A stretch of 64,000 bases of DNA from a virus. Made by a program: the position numbers and the translations under genes. A model generated the notes under the pieces. That model had not been told where the DNA came from. It saw only the letters and a program-made list of their open reading frames with translations, and did no database searches. Location of the stretch: positions 64,001-128,000 of the IMG/VR virus record IMGVR_UViG_3300037470_000672. One strand, given 5' to 3'. This document shows, in pieces, positions 1-8,519 of the stretch (its first letter is position 1; every line of letters begins with the position of its first letter).

Positions 1-172
1 GCCAAAACTTCACGCGCCAGGCTTGTGAGCGCCACCCTGGCAGGCCGTTCTTCTTTTCGAAGAGGGGCCAGGTGGACTGCCGCAGCGCGTGGATGATGGT
101 CCAGTTGCCCACCACGAGGAGCACGTTCCAGAACGTGATGAGCTTCTGAAGCTCGGCGATGAACAAGTCCAT
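1..172 (-). CDS. Membrane protein, truncated by window edge (holin-like candidate)
   Basis: Not in ORF track; manual translation from ATG at 172 (TGATG overlap with upstream stop): MDLFIAELQKLITFWNVLLVVGNWTIIHALRQ..., hydrophobic N-terminus. Confidence 0.55.
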   Translation of the reverse strand, partial: MDLFIAELQKLITFWNVLLVVGNWTIIHALRQSTWPLFEKKNGLPGWRSQAWRVKFW

Positions 173-498
173 CAGCTTGCGCCGTTCTTGTGCTGCGCCT
201 TCACATTCTTCAAGTGATTGTTGCTGAGGTACGTACCTGACGCGAGGCCCAGAAGGGCTGAGATTGCGACCACGTCGAAGGCCGGCACCGTCCAAGAGAG
301 CCAGGAAAGCTCGATCTTGGTGGCTGCGAAGAGCAGGGTGAGCGGCGCGTAGAGAGCGAGCGCGAACAGCCAGGTGAGGGAATGGATCAGGCTCGTCTTG
401 GAGAACTTGCCATTCTTCGAGGCAAGGCGGCGCACACCCGAATCCTTCCACGTGTTGAGGCCAGGGATAGGGGCGTTGTCGTCGTTCTTGTCAGCCAC
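172..498 (-). CDS. Small two-TM membrane protein (holin-like candidate)
   Basis: 108 aa, two hydrophobic segments (LTWLFALALYAPLTLLFAA; VVAISALLGLASG), charged termini; GGAGG upstream of GTG. Confidence 0.6.
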   Translation of the reverse strand: MADKNDDNAPIPGLNTWKDSGVRRLASKNGKFSKTSLIHSLTWLFALALYAPLTLLFAATKIELSWLSWTVPAFDVVAISALLGLASGTYLSNNHLKNVKAQHKNGAS

Positions 499-522
499 GG
501 GAACCTCCGTACAGCGAGCTTA

Positions 523-1392
523 CTACATCCGCTTTCGGGCCTCCTTGGCCTTGGCGTAGTCGAACTTCCGCAGCTCGTTGGACAACTCTTTTCTGTACTG
601 AATCCAGCCACGTAGGTTGCCGGACCGATAGAAGGGTTGTGACGCGGGTCGCGCCTGATGCTCTGCTGGGGAGACGTGACCGTTGGCGATGAGCTGGTCG
701 TACAGGCGCACATCGTTCGTGACGTCAGAGTTTGTGTTGTCGTGGTTGAGGTACGACACGCGGGCACATCGGGCCACGGAGCACTTCTGAGCGAGCACAA
801 GCTGCTCGGGGTCAGACATGTAGAACTCGCCCGTACGTACGTACGGGAGGTGCCACTGCCATTCCCGCAGCTCTTGGGGAGGGGCTTTGGGTTCGTAGAG
901 GGCCTCCGCCATGACCCAGGCGAGAGCTTGGATCTCGGGCTGGGCGTCTTCCGGAGTGCGCAGTCCGAAGAAGTTCTCCCAGTCGGTGCCGGTGATGACG
1001 GTGGAGGCGTGGAGAAACGGCTCCAGGATTCGGTTGGCCGTCTGCTTGTGGACACCCAACTCTCGAAGGCGCTCCGCATGGGCAATGGCATCCGTCATTG
1101 CGGCCAACCATTCTTCTCGGGCGAGGTACTGCGTGGCCTTCGGTAGCTCTTCTGGCGCCACCATACCCCGCTGATTTTTGCCCCAATATATGGGAATGTA
1201 CGGGTCTTTTTTGATGCGCTCAATGAGCTTGGAAGAAGGAATCGCTCGATGTGAGGCTGTGCTGCGGGCGAACGATCTGTGCGTATTGAGTTGCGCCAGG
1301 AGGAACCGGGGGTAGACGAGCTGCATGGTCGTCAGCCGCACCCCCTCTTGGGAGACGGAGTCGGCGACAACCTCTGCGGTGATGGTGGTCAT
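523..1392 (-). CDS. thyX: Flavin-dependent thymidylate synthase
   Basis: Phage-type ThyX motifs THRSFARSTASHRAIP, ARCARVSY, HVSPAEHQA. Confidence 0.9.
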   Translation of the reverse strand: MTTITAEVVADSVSQEGVRLTTMQLVYPRFLLAQLNTHRSFARSTASHRAIPSSKLIERIKKDPYIPIYWGKNQRGMVAPEELPKATQYLAREEWLAAMTDAIAHAERLRELGVHKQTANRILEPFLHASTVITGTDWENFFGLRTPEDAQPEIQALAWVMAEALYEPKAPPQELREWQWHLPYVRTGEFYMSDPEQLVLAQKCSVARCARVSYLNHDNTNSDVTNDVRLYDQLIANGHVSPAEHQARPASQPFYRSGNLRGWIQYRKELSNELRKFDYAKAKEARKRM

Positions 1393-1398
1393 GAGATT

Positions 1399-1665
1399 TT
1401 ACTTCTTCAGCTCATCCAGACATTCCCCCAAAGAGATATCACCTTCGGGTCCCCAGACGAGGCAAGTGCGATCCCAGTTTCTGCAAAGACGGTGCTCTGG
1501 ATCGGTCACTTCGACGGCCGAAATCTGATCGAAGGTGTTCATTGAGCAGTTGCCAAGCTCTTGCTCTGCATACCCCACCGTATCGATTTCGGAGGGAGGT
1601 GTAGGGCTGCGCACGTAGAACGTGACGCTCACGTCCGCTCGGCAGAGCCACAGCTTTTCGGTCAC
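1399..1665 (-). CDS. Hypothetical protein
   Basis: 88 aa, co-oriented, 4-bp overlap with methylase stop. Confidence 0.6.
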   Translation of the reverse strand: MTEKLWLCRADVSVTFYVRSPTPPSEIDTVGYAEQELGNCSMNTFDQISAVEVTDPEHRLCRNWDRTCLVWGPEGDISLGECLDELKK

Positions 1666-2441
1666 GAGCGCTCCTCCCTCATGACTAGCCCCCGAACACC
1701 TTCGTTGAGGAAGTCGCTTGTGACATCAGCCAAGAGGAACTTCCGCCCGAGCTTCATCGCCTCTATGCCTACCACCCCGGTGCCACAGAACGGGTCGACG
1801 ACCAACTCTCCGGGTTGGGTGGAGACGGAGATGACCTCTCGCGTCACCTTGGGCGGCTTGGGTGCAGGTAAGCGTTCTCCGCGCGGCGACAGAACCCGAG
1901 GGGCCGGGATCACGTCCAGGATGTCGTGGTTGAGTGCGCGCTTACCCTTCTCGAAGAAGAGGATGCGCTCGTTGGCACCTCGACCATGGTAGCCGGCGCC
2001 GCCGTGGAGTTTGGAACCGTCCTGGGTGGTCTTGACCCAGATCCACTCCCGCCAGAAGTAGAAGCCGGTCTTGGTCTTCCGGCGCCCGTCTTTGAGGCGA
2101 CAGATGCGGGGGTCGGATATCTCCTGCTGGGCCTTGATCACATCCGCCGTTGTCTCGTCACACCAGAGGAAGAAGTGGCGGTCTTTCTTCAGGATGCGGA
2201 AGACCTCGGCGAACAAGACCTCGAACGCTTCCCAGGCGAGCACCGAGAACCAGGGGTTCGAGCTACCCTTGGACTCTTTGAGGCGGGTGGTGGTGCCCTT
2301 CTCGCGGTGGATCTCAAGCGACGGGAAGGGCGGGTCTGTCAGCACCAGATCGACGCTCTCCGCCGGCAGCGCGCGAAGAAACTCCAGGTAGTCGCAACGG
2401 TAGACCTGACCCGGAAGGTCTTCGCGGACGGTGATGTCCAT
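1662..2441 (-). CDS. N4-C/N6-A DNA methyltransferase, beta class, no cognate nuclease seen
   Basis: Motif IV DLVLTDPPF near N-terminus, motif I VVDPFCGTG near C-terminus. Confidence 0.9.
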   Translation of the reverse strand: MDITVREDLPGQVYRCDYLEFLRALPAESVDLVLTDPPFPSLEIHREKGTTTRLKESKGSSNPWFSVLAWEAFEVLFAEVFRILKKDRHFFLWCDETTADVIKAQQEISDPRICRLKDGRRKTKTGFYFWREWIWVKTTQDGSKLHGGAGYHGRGANERILFFEKGKRALNHDILDVIPAPRVLSPRGERLPAPKPPKVTREVISVSTQPGELVVDPFCGTGVVGIEAMKLGRKFLLADVTSDFLNEGVRGLVMREERS

Positions 2442-2485
2442 CCTTGTTACCTTTCATGTACGGTCAGTCTCGTCAAGAGGTTCGG

Positions 2486-2971
2486 CTACGCCTCGACGAG
2501 GGCCTCAATCATTTGCGGATCGACGAAGCCGATGAAGTCGCCACGGTCCTCTCCCTCTCCCTCGATACGCTTGAGCCAGCCAAAGTTGAGGCGACTGAAG
2601 AAGATACGGTCGCCTGGCTGAAAGGGTCGGGACAACCTCTTGGCGCGCTTGTGTGCGTTGGGTCCGGCCGAGAGCACGTCCCCGATGATGTAGACCTTGG
2701 ACCCCATGCGATCGTCGTACAGACGCGGACCGGTGGTGCCGACGGGATACCAGATGCCGCCGGCTGACTTCTCGGGCGGAGAGCCTACCCGGACAAGAAG
2801 GCGCCAGCCGAGGGCTTGTACTCGCCGCCCGTCGTAGACGCGCATGAGCAGGTCTTCGCACTCGTCTGGGGTCATCGGATCGGGCATCCGCGGAGGGATG
2901 ACACGCAGAGGGTGTCCTTCGATGATCTCCGCAGAGCCGCGAGGTGGGGCGCCTAGGATTCGGTTGGCCAC
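2486..2971 (-). CDS. groES: GroES/Cpn10-like co-chaperonin (T4 gp31 analogue)
   Basis: ALGWRLLVR, mobile loop EKSAGGIWYP, VLSAGP, PFQPGDRIFF. Confidence 0.8.
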   Translation of the reverse strand: MANRILGAPPRGSAEIIEGHPLRVIPPRMPDPMTPDECEDLLMRVYDGRRVQALGWRLLVRVGSPPEKSAGGIWYPVGTTGPRLYDDRMGSKVYIIGDVLSAGPNAHKRAKRLSRPFQPGDRIFFSRLNFGWLKRIEGEGEDRGDFIGFVDPQMIEALVEA

Positions 2972-2988
2972 GCTTCCTCCGTCCGTGC

Positions 2989-3516
2989 CTACGCTCTTCT
3001 ACCGACAAGAGGGTTGGGAGCCGGTAGGAGCTTCACGTCCGCAACCAGAGTCCAATCTTCGCTACCACCTTTGGGCTTGATAGTCACGAGAATAGTGCGC
3101 TTACCTGCGGTGGAGTCCAGAAAATCCAGCTCAAAGGTGAGCTTCTGTCCATCCCTGAGATTACTCTGCGGATTGAGTTTCTGCGCAACGAGCGTATCCA
3201 GAACCTTTTGGGTAGCCGAATAGACTTCGCCGCTCTTACCGTACTGTTCGATGGCTACAGCCAACGCCTTCTGAACGGTAGCGCGAGCCTTGGCGCCGTC
3301 CATGAAACGAATACCAGCGCTGTCTTTTGGGGAGCCCAGATAGCGCGCGAAGATGGTGATCCCGCGGAACTCGTGTCCGTCCCCTACCCCGCCGGACGAG
3401 AGCTGCGATGTGTAGCCATTGGCTGCGGCCGGGTAGACGCCGGTGCCGTAATACTCCAGCAGCAGGGGCTCGCCTGCGGCCAGTCTCTCCAGCAGCGCTA
3501 CGCGCTTTGGTTCCAT
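2989..3516 (-). CDS. Hypothetical protein
   Basis: 175-aa ORF tiling the minus strand. Confidence 0.65.
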   Translation of the reverse strand: MEPKRVALLERLAAGEPLLLEYYGTGVYPAAANGYTSQLSSGGVGDGHEFRGITIFARYLGSPKDSAGIRFMDGAKARATVQKALAVAIEQYGKSGEVYSATQKVLDTLVAQKLNPQSNLRDGQKLTFELDFLDSTAGKRTILVTIKPKGGSEDWTLVADVKLLPAPNPLVGRRA

Positions 3517-3525
3517 CCGCCCATC

Positions 3526-4680
3526 CTAGTGCGGCACGAACACGATGCGAACCGGCAGCGCAGCACCACCAACGGGCATGAACTGCTGCCACACGGACAG
3601 ACTGTCGCTCGGCTCGTAGCGCGCTTCGACAACGCACTTGGTGTTGTCGCCGAGTGACCCGGTTCCGGCGGGGAGCAAGGCTGTCGTGTTCGTGGTCGGG
3701 ACAACACCGGCCATGATGCGCGCTGCGCCACCCCAAGTCCCGCCGCGAGGGTTCACGCACAGGCCGAGGTGGTCGTGTGCTGCATCATCGTCTTCGGTAG
3801 ACAGGTGCATGCGGTAGAGGACGCCGAAATTCCCTTGGAGGGTTTCCTCTGTTGGCGGGTCGACGGCGTTGTCATAGCCGGTGACGTATTCATCACCGTT
3901 GCCGCCGATGGGAAATTGAACGACGCCTTCTGACGTCAAGATCGTCTCTGTCGCGGCTGTGTCGTAGACCTTGTCCGCGTAGTCGAAGGTGCCGCGATCA
4001 TGGCTGTCACGGGCGAGCACGGACATGCCCGGGCAGTCACCTGTCGGGCTCTCGCTCTGCTTGAGGAAGCACACGGTGACGGCGTGTGTCGACGACATCG
4101 AGTAGTCCCAGATGCCGTGCAGCAGGTAGCCCTTGGCCACGTTCGTAGTGTCGAAGGCCGTATCTAGACGCACCGTTGCTCCAGCCGCGACGTTCACGGA
4201 ACCGAGCGCCGATGAATCTGTCCACCGCTCATAAGCTTTCTTACCCGCGTACAGGAACGATGTGGACGGTCCGGCGGTCCCGTGCTTCTGCACCTGCAAG
4301 GTCGCTGAAGAGCCGGATGTGTTCTTCACGATCACTGAGAACCGTCGTGACGGCCCGTTGGCGTTGTTCACGTGGTAGACGAAGACGCGGTTGTAGTCAG
4401 TGCCCGCGGTGGCTGCGAGCCCCGTGTCCTCGTAGAGCTTACCCGATGCTGTCGGGTATTCCGGGGAGTCGGAGAAGACGAGCCTTCCCCCCGCCCACGT
4501 CTGGGATATGTCGACTTCGGGGCAGTTGATGACCCCGCTGCCAATGTCGTCGAGAGAGATGACGTCGGAGACGCTGGCGCCTGTGATGTCGGCGTCGAGC
4601 TGCGATGACGTGGGGCAGGTCTGCGCCTGCGCGGTCCCTGCTGCTACCAGCAGCAAGAAGAGGGGGAAAAATATCTTCAT
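3526..4680 (-). CDS. Secreted protein of unknown function with Sec signal peptide
   Basis: MKIFFPLFLLLVAAGTAQA|Q (AQA cleavage site); FSDSPE, RVFVYHVN, GNFGVLY, NPRGG motifs. Confidence 0.75.
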   Translation of the reverse strand: MKIFFPLFLLLVAAGTAQAQTCPTSSQLDADITGASVSDVISLDDIGSGVINCPEVDISQTWAGGRLVFSDSPEYPTASGKLYEDTGLAATAGTDYNRVFVYHVNNANGPSRRFSVIVKNTSGSSATLQVQKHGTAGPSTSFLYAGKKAYERWTDSSALGSVNVAAGATVRLDTAFDTTNVAKGYLLHGIWDYSMSSTHAVTVCFLKQSESPTGDCPGMSVLARDSHDRGTFDYADKVYDTAATETILTSEGVVQFPIGGNGDEYVTGYDNAVDPPTEETLQGNFGVLYRMHLSTEDDDAAHDHLGLCVNPRGGTWGGAARIMAGVVPTTNTTALLPAGTGSLGDNTKCVVEARYEPSDSLSVWQQFMPVGGAALPVRIVFVPH

Positions 4681-5801
4681 GATTCACTGTCCTCGCTGAG
4701 TCCGTAGAAGGTCACTACAGACCAAGTGCCGTCACAAGGGATGTGGTTTTGGAGGCTGATTTCGATGTCCATACCCAGAGCCTCGTCTATGTCGATGGTC
4801 GCCTGGTGGCTGTATGGCCAGCGGTAGATGTAGACATCGCGGGTCAGGTCACGCCATCCGAGGTTTGCTCCCTGGGTCTTGGGGATGACGGGGAAGGCAC
4901 CGCTGGCTTCGGCGATGATGTCCATGACCGTCTGGTAGATAACGGGGTCACCGAGCGGGAGCATGGTGCCTGCGGGATACGGCCCACCGTTAGCGTCCCA
5001 ATACGCAGCTAGAGCCGGATGCTTGGCGACATCGCCACGGGCCTGAAACAGGAAGCTGTTCTTGAGGCGGGCATCGTCGCTGAACTGAAGCTCGGCTGTG
5101 ATCAGGCGGATGCGCTTACCGGCTGCTGGCGTGATGTACCACTGGCTGGTGGTGACGCGGCTGTAGTCGATGGTGACGACGCCAGACGGCACGTCGTCGA
5201 AGTCGACGTCTCCCGTCAGGTAGTCGATGCTGTAGTCGCCGATGTCGGTGTCCGGGTCTTTTTCTGTCTTGGCTACGGCGTCCACGTAGACAACGGGTTG
5301 GTGCTCTGCGCGGAGCTTGGTCTCGCCGGTGATGCGTCCGTGGCTGACGTCGACGACGGTCTCGGGGGCCGGGAGATGAAACAGCGTCGGGAGGACGACG
5401 TCCACGGTCATCGCCACGCCGGTCTCACGAACCGACTTCGTGTACCAGGTGCGCTTGTCGCAGAAGTTCTGGCTGATGATCTGGAGCTTGGAGCCCTCTC
5501 GCACCGCGGGTTGCACGACCGGCGTGTTGGTCGTCGTCTTCTTCGTGACACGGGGTGGCTTGCTGACCCAATTTGTCTCGAAGTCTGTGACCAGCGCAGC
5601 GTGCGCAGCATCGGCCTTCCGTAGCGACGTCCGACGATGGATTCCACCATCCTCCTCCGTGTACACACGGTAATGGTCGTCGCGGTCCTCGAACACGTAG
5701 TTCAGCGATGCGTAGGTGCCGTCGATGAACTTGACGAAATCCTCCCATTCCAATTCTTGGACGGGAGAGCTGATCATCATACGCCCGCTATTTACGGTCA
5801 T
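4677..5801 (-). CDS. Putative virion structural protein
   Basis: 374 aa beta-rich; contains the IDYLTGDVDF module also seen in sheath and capsid insertions. Confidence 0.6.
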   Translation of the reverse strand: MTVNSGRMMISSPVQELEWEDFVKFIDGTYASLNYVFEDRDDHYRVYTEEDGGIHRRTSLRKADAAHAALVTDFETNWVSKPPRVTKKTTTNTPVVQPAVREGSKLQIISQNFCDKRTWYTKSVRETGVAMTVDVVLPTLFHLPAPETVVDVSHGRITGETKLRAEHQPVVYVDAVAKTEKDPDTDIGDYSIDYLTGDVDFDDVPSGVVTIDYSRVTTSQWYITPAAGKRIRLITAELQFSDDARLKNSFLFQARGDVAKHPALAAYWDANGGPYPAGTMLPLGDPVIYQTVMDIIAEASGAFPVIPKTQGANLGWRDLTRDVYIYRWPYSHQATIDIDEALGMDIEISLQNHIPCDGTWSVVTFYGLSEDSES

Positions 5802-6526
5802 GACGGAATATCCTGTTCATACACGTATAGCTCACCGCGTATGACCGTTGACGTTGCCTGAAACGGCACGACGTTCACCCAGACCCTGGACTTCTCCGGC
5901 AGCTTCACGGCGTTCAAGGGCTTATCGAAGGACAGGCGTGACGGTACGATGGCGCCGCCGTCGCGGAGATTGATGAGGTCGAGGTTGTGATCGACCAGGT
6001 TCGTGCCGTCTTCGCGTAGCTGGCCTTTGAGCTTGAAGGCTACCTCGTCCTCGACGTCTCCGTTCCATCCTATGGCCCAAGCTTCCTTGCCTGCCGGGAC
6101 GTAGTGGTGGCAGAGGAACGCCTTTTCCGTTCCCGAGCCTATGCCACAGAACTCCGACGCCCCACCTGTTGTCCCGTCCAGCAGGCGGATGGCACCGGCT
6201 GCGGCTGCGCCTTCGATGACAAAGAAGTCCTCGATGAAGCGGATGTCGGTGGCGACGGTGTTGACGTTTACTGTGCCGTTGAGGACTACGTCTTCGACCT
6301 TCCGCTCGTACGCCGAGTTCTGGAAAATGATGCGCACCTTCTTGGCGCCTGTGCCGCCGCTGTCGTCTTGTGCGCTCGTGGAGTCGACAGCGCATTGTCG
6401 TTCCGACGTCAGCTCGATGTACGATCGTAGGGACAGGAGCGTCTCGCTGGCAGACGTGGTGGTCTTGTTCCCGAGCCGACGGATGACGCGCTCGTCGTTG
6501 AATAGTGCTTGATTGGGCGCGGGCAT
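5798..6526 (-). CDS. Putative virion structural protein
   Basis: 242 aa; STSAQDDSGGTGAKKVRI, EDVVLNG and YVPAGK pattern recalled from phage hypothetical structural proteins. Confidence 0.6.
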   Translation of the reverse strand: MPAPNQALFNDERVIRRLGNKTTTSASETLLSLRSYIELTSERQCAVDSTSAQDDSGGTGAKKVRIIFQNSAYERKVEDVVLNGTVNVNTVATDIRFIEDFFVIEGAAAAGAIRLLDGTTGGASEFCGIGSGTEKAFLCHHYVPAGKEAWAIGWNGDVEDEVAFKLKGQLREDGTNLVDHNLDLINLRDGGAIVPSRLSFDKPLNAVKLPEKSRVWVNVVPFQATSTVIRGELYVYEQDIPS

Positions 6527-6533
6527 GTGCTTG

Positions 6534-7475
6534 CTACTCCTCGTACCCGACCCAGCTAGCGGTCATGTGCAACGGGGAGCCGGTACCGTTCGTCCGCTGG
6601 ATAACGATTCGACGGTCACCGTCACCGACAAACTCCTGGCCTATAGTCCTCTGGAAGTTGTTGGCGTTCAGGTACAGGAGGTCGAGGATGCTGTCTCCCC
6701 CGGTAGTCCTTTCCACGAGCACACCACGCCCGCCGCCTATCGAACCATCAGCCCCGGCAGAAAACCGTTGTAGTATCAGCGTTTTCCCGTCTGTGATCGT
6801 GTAGATGTCTTCGGAGGTCGAACCGGAACCGATTGACCCGGAAACGAACCGGTTAACGGGTGTAGTTCCTGGCGGTGAAGCGGGTGGAGGGATGCTAACG
6901 CGCAGTCGAGAGTCTGCCTCCAACTCTATATTGTCGAATATTCCGTCCGGTTTCTTACCCGTGAGGATGGCCTTCACCAGCTCCGCGTCGTCATCGTCGA
7001 CGATGGAATCGGAGATGCGGTGCGAACTAGGTTTGCCGTAGAATTGTTTGTAGACAATCTGGAGCCGGAAGAAGGTCTGCGTTGTCGATCCGTTCTTGTA
7101 GCGGACGCGAAACCAGTTACCGACAACAGACGTGTAGATTTTCCCCTTGTTTGCGGGGATCGTAAACTCATCAATGCTGTCCCAGTTCGTGCCGTCGGGG
7201 CTCGTCTCCAGTACCAACCCATCGACCGCCGAGGCATGGCTGGCCTTGACTACGATCACAGCCATGGCGTAGTCACGTACTTGTTCGGCTGTGCCTACAA
7301 ATTCGGCATCGGCAGCAAGAGTGGTGACGGAACTGTTGCCGGTTTCGTTGGCGGAGACGACACCACGAGGTACGAGCAGGGACTCCACTTGCAGCCTACG
7401 ATCACTCCCATCACCTGCGGTCGTGACGATGTTGCCGTCTACGTCTACTATCAGGCGGGCCGGGCCATCGGTCAT
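6534..7475 (-). CDS. Putative virion structural protein
   Basis: 313 aa beta-rich, overlapping-stop coupling to neighbour. Confidence 0.6.
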   Translation of the reverse strand: MTDGPARLIVDVDGNIVTTAGDGSDRRLQVESLLVPRGVVSANETGNSSVTTLAADAEFVGTAEQVRDYAMAVIVVKASHASAVDGLVLETSPDGTNWDSIDEFTIPANKGKIYTSVVGNWFRVRYKNGSTTQTFFRLQIVYKQFYGKPSSHRISDSIVDDDDAELVKAILTGKKPDGIFDNIELEADSRLRVSIPPPASPPGTTPVNRFVSGSIGSGSTSEDIYTITDGKTLILQRFSAGADGSIGGGRGVLVERTTGGDSILDLLYLNANNFQRTIGQEFVGDGDRRIVIQRTNGTGSPLHMTASWVGYEE

Positions 7476-8218
7476 GCGATAGCTCTCGTGCGACCGGACT
7501 CAAAGGCCCCGGAATAGGAGACGGTGTCTGTGACCGTGGCCAAAACCGTGGTTCCGTCGGTGTCGTAAATCTTCCACTCCACGGTCGTGGGAAAAGCGTC
7601 CGTGTAGGTCAGGGACTTACGGACAAGAGCCGAGGTGTCAGCACGCTTCCACAACACCTCGGTCGGGAACGCCCCTGAGTACGTAATGACCTTGGTAGCC
7701 CCGCTAGCAAACCCTTCCGCCGGCCCCTCATCGATGAAGTGGATGAGCTGGAGAAGGGCACGGTGTTGCGCTTCACTCAGCCCTGACCCCGACCGCGGAT
7801 CGTACTCCCCTGTGGAGTCGAAAAACTTCCAATTCCCTGCTGTTGGGTCGTAAGAAAATTCTCCAGCTACGTCCGGAGTAGCTCCCCCTACCGAGTCCAG
7901 TTTCGCCACGCCGCTGTCATCGATGGATAGCTTGCTGGTCTGAATCTGACCATCCACGCCATCGAACCTAGGAACCCCGTTGTCGGCCGAACCGCTTGGT
8001 GGAGGTGCAATCGTAACGGTTTTCCAGACCGACCCGTCCCACCGCTGAAGAAGCCGACGACCTACCCCATCGTCCAGAAGCCAAAGGTCTCCTACAACGT
8101 CACCTGTGGCAGGACGTTCCCCGATGGCTCCTGACCCGAATAGGTCTGCGTCCTCTGCGTCGATCGTTGTCGGCAGCCCTGTTACTGGGTCTACATAAGT
8201 GATCTGCCGGGTACCCAT
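7472..8218 (-). CDS. Putative fibre/decoration protein
   Basis: 248 aa; GERPATGDVVGDLW, WDGSVW and VPRFDG fibre-like motifs. Confidence 0.55.
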   Translation of the reverse strand: MGTRQITYVDPVTGLPTTIDAEDADLFGSGAIGERPATGDVVGDLWLLDDGVGRRLLQRWDGSVWKTVTIAPPPSGSADNGVPRFDGVDGQIQTSKLSIDDSGVAKLDSVGGATPDVAGEFSYDPTAGNWKFFDSTGEYDPRSGSGLSEAQHRALLQLIHFIDEGPAEGFASGATKVITYSGAFPTEVLWKRADTSALVRKSLTYTDAFPTTVEWKIYDTDGTTVLATVTDTVSYSGAFESGRTRAIA

Positions 8219-8224
8219 CGTCGC

Positions 8225-8503
8225 TCATCGAGCCCGCGATGATGTTCGTGCGCTCTTGTTCTTTGGGGGCACTTCGCCATTCGAGGAGGGCGCCGCGCCG
8301 TTCAAAGTCGGTTCGGGCTTTGTGGCGACGCCTACAGGGCCGTAGGTATCCTTGTACATCTTCCACTCGTGGATGACCTGCGCCATCAGCTTCAGCGACA
8401 AGTCCAGGACCCGGTGATCGTCGCGCGTACCTTGGTACTTCGCTACGACTCCATCCAGGTAGCCGTACGCAGTGTCTGGGGTGACGGTGATCTTGTCAGC
8501 CAT
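8225..8503 (-). CDS. Hypothetical protein (start revised to MADKITV)
   Basis: GGAG before ATG at 8503; removes overlap with upstream gene. Confidence 0.6.
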   Translation of the reverse strand: MADKITVTPDTAYGYLDGVVAKYQGTRDDHRVLDLSLKLMAQVIHEWKMYKDTYGPVGVATKPEPTLNGAAPSSNGEVPPKNKSARTSSRAR

Positions 8504-8519
8504 GGGGTCGAAGCTCCTA

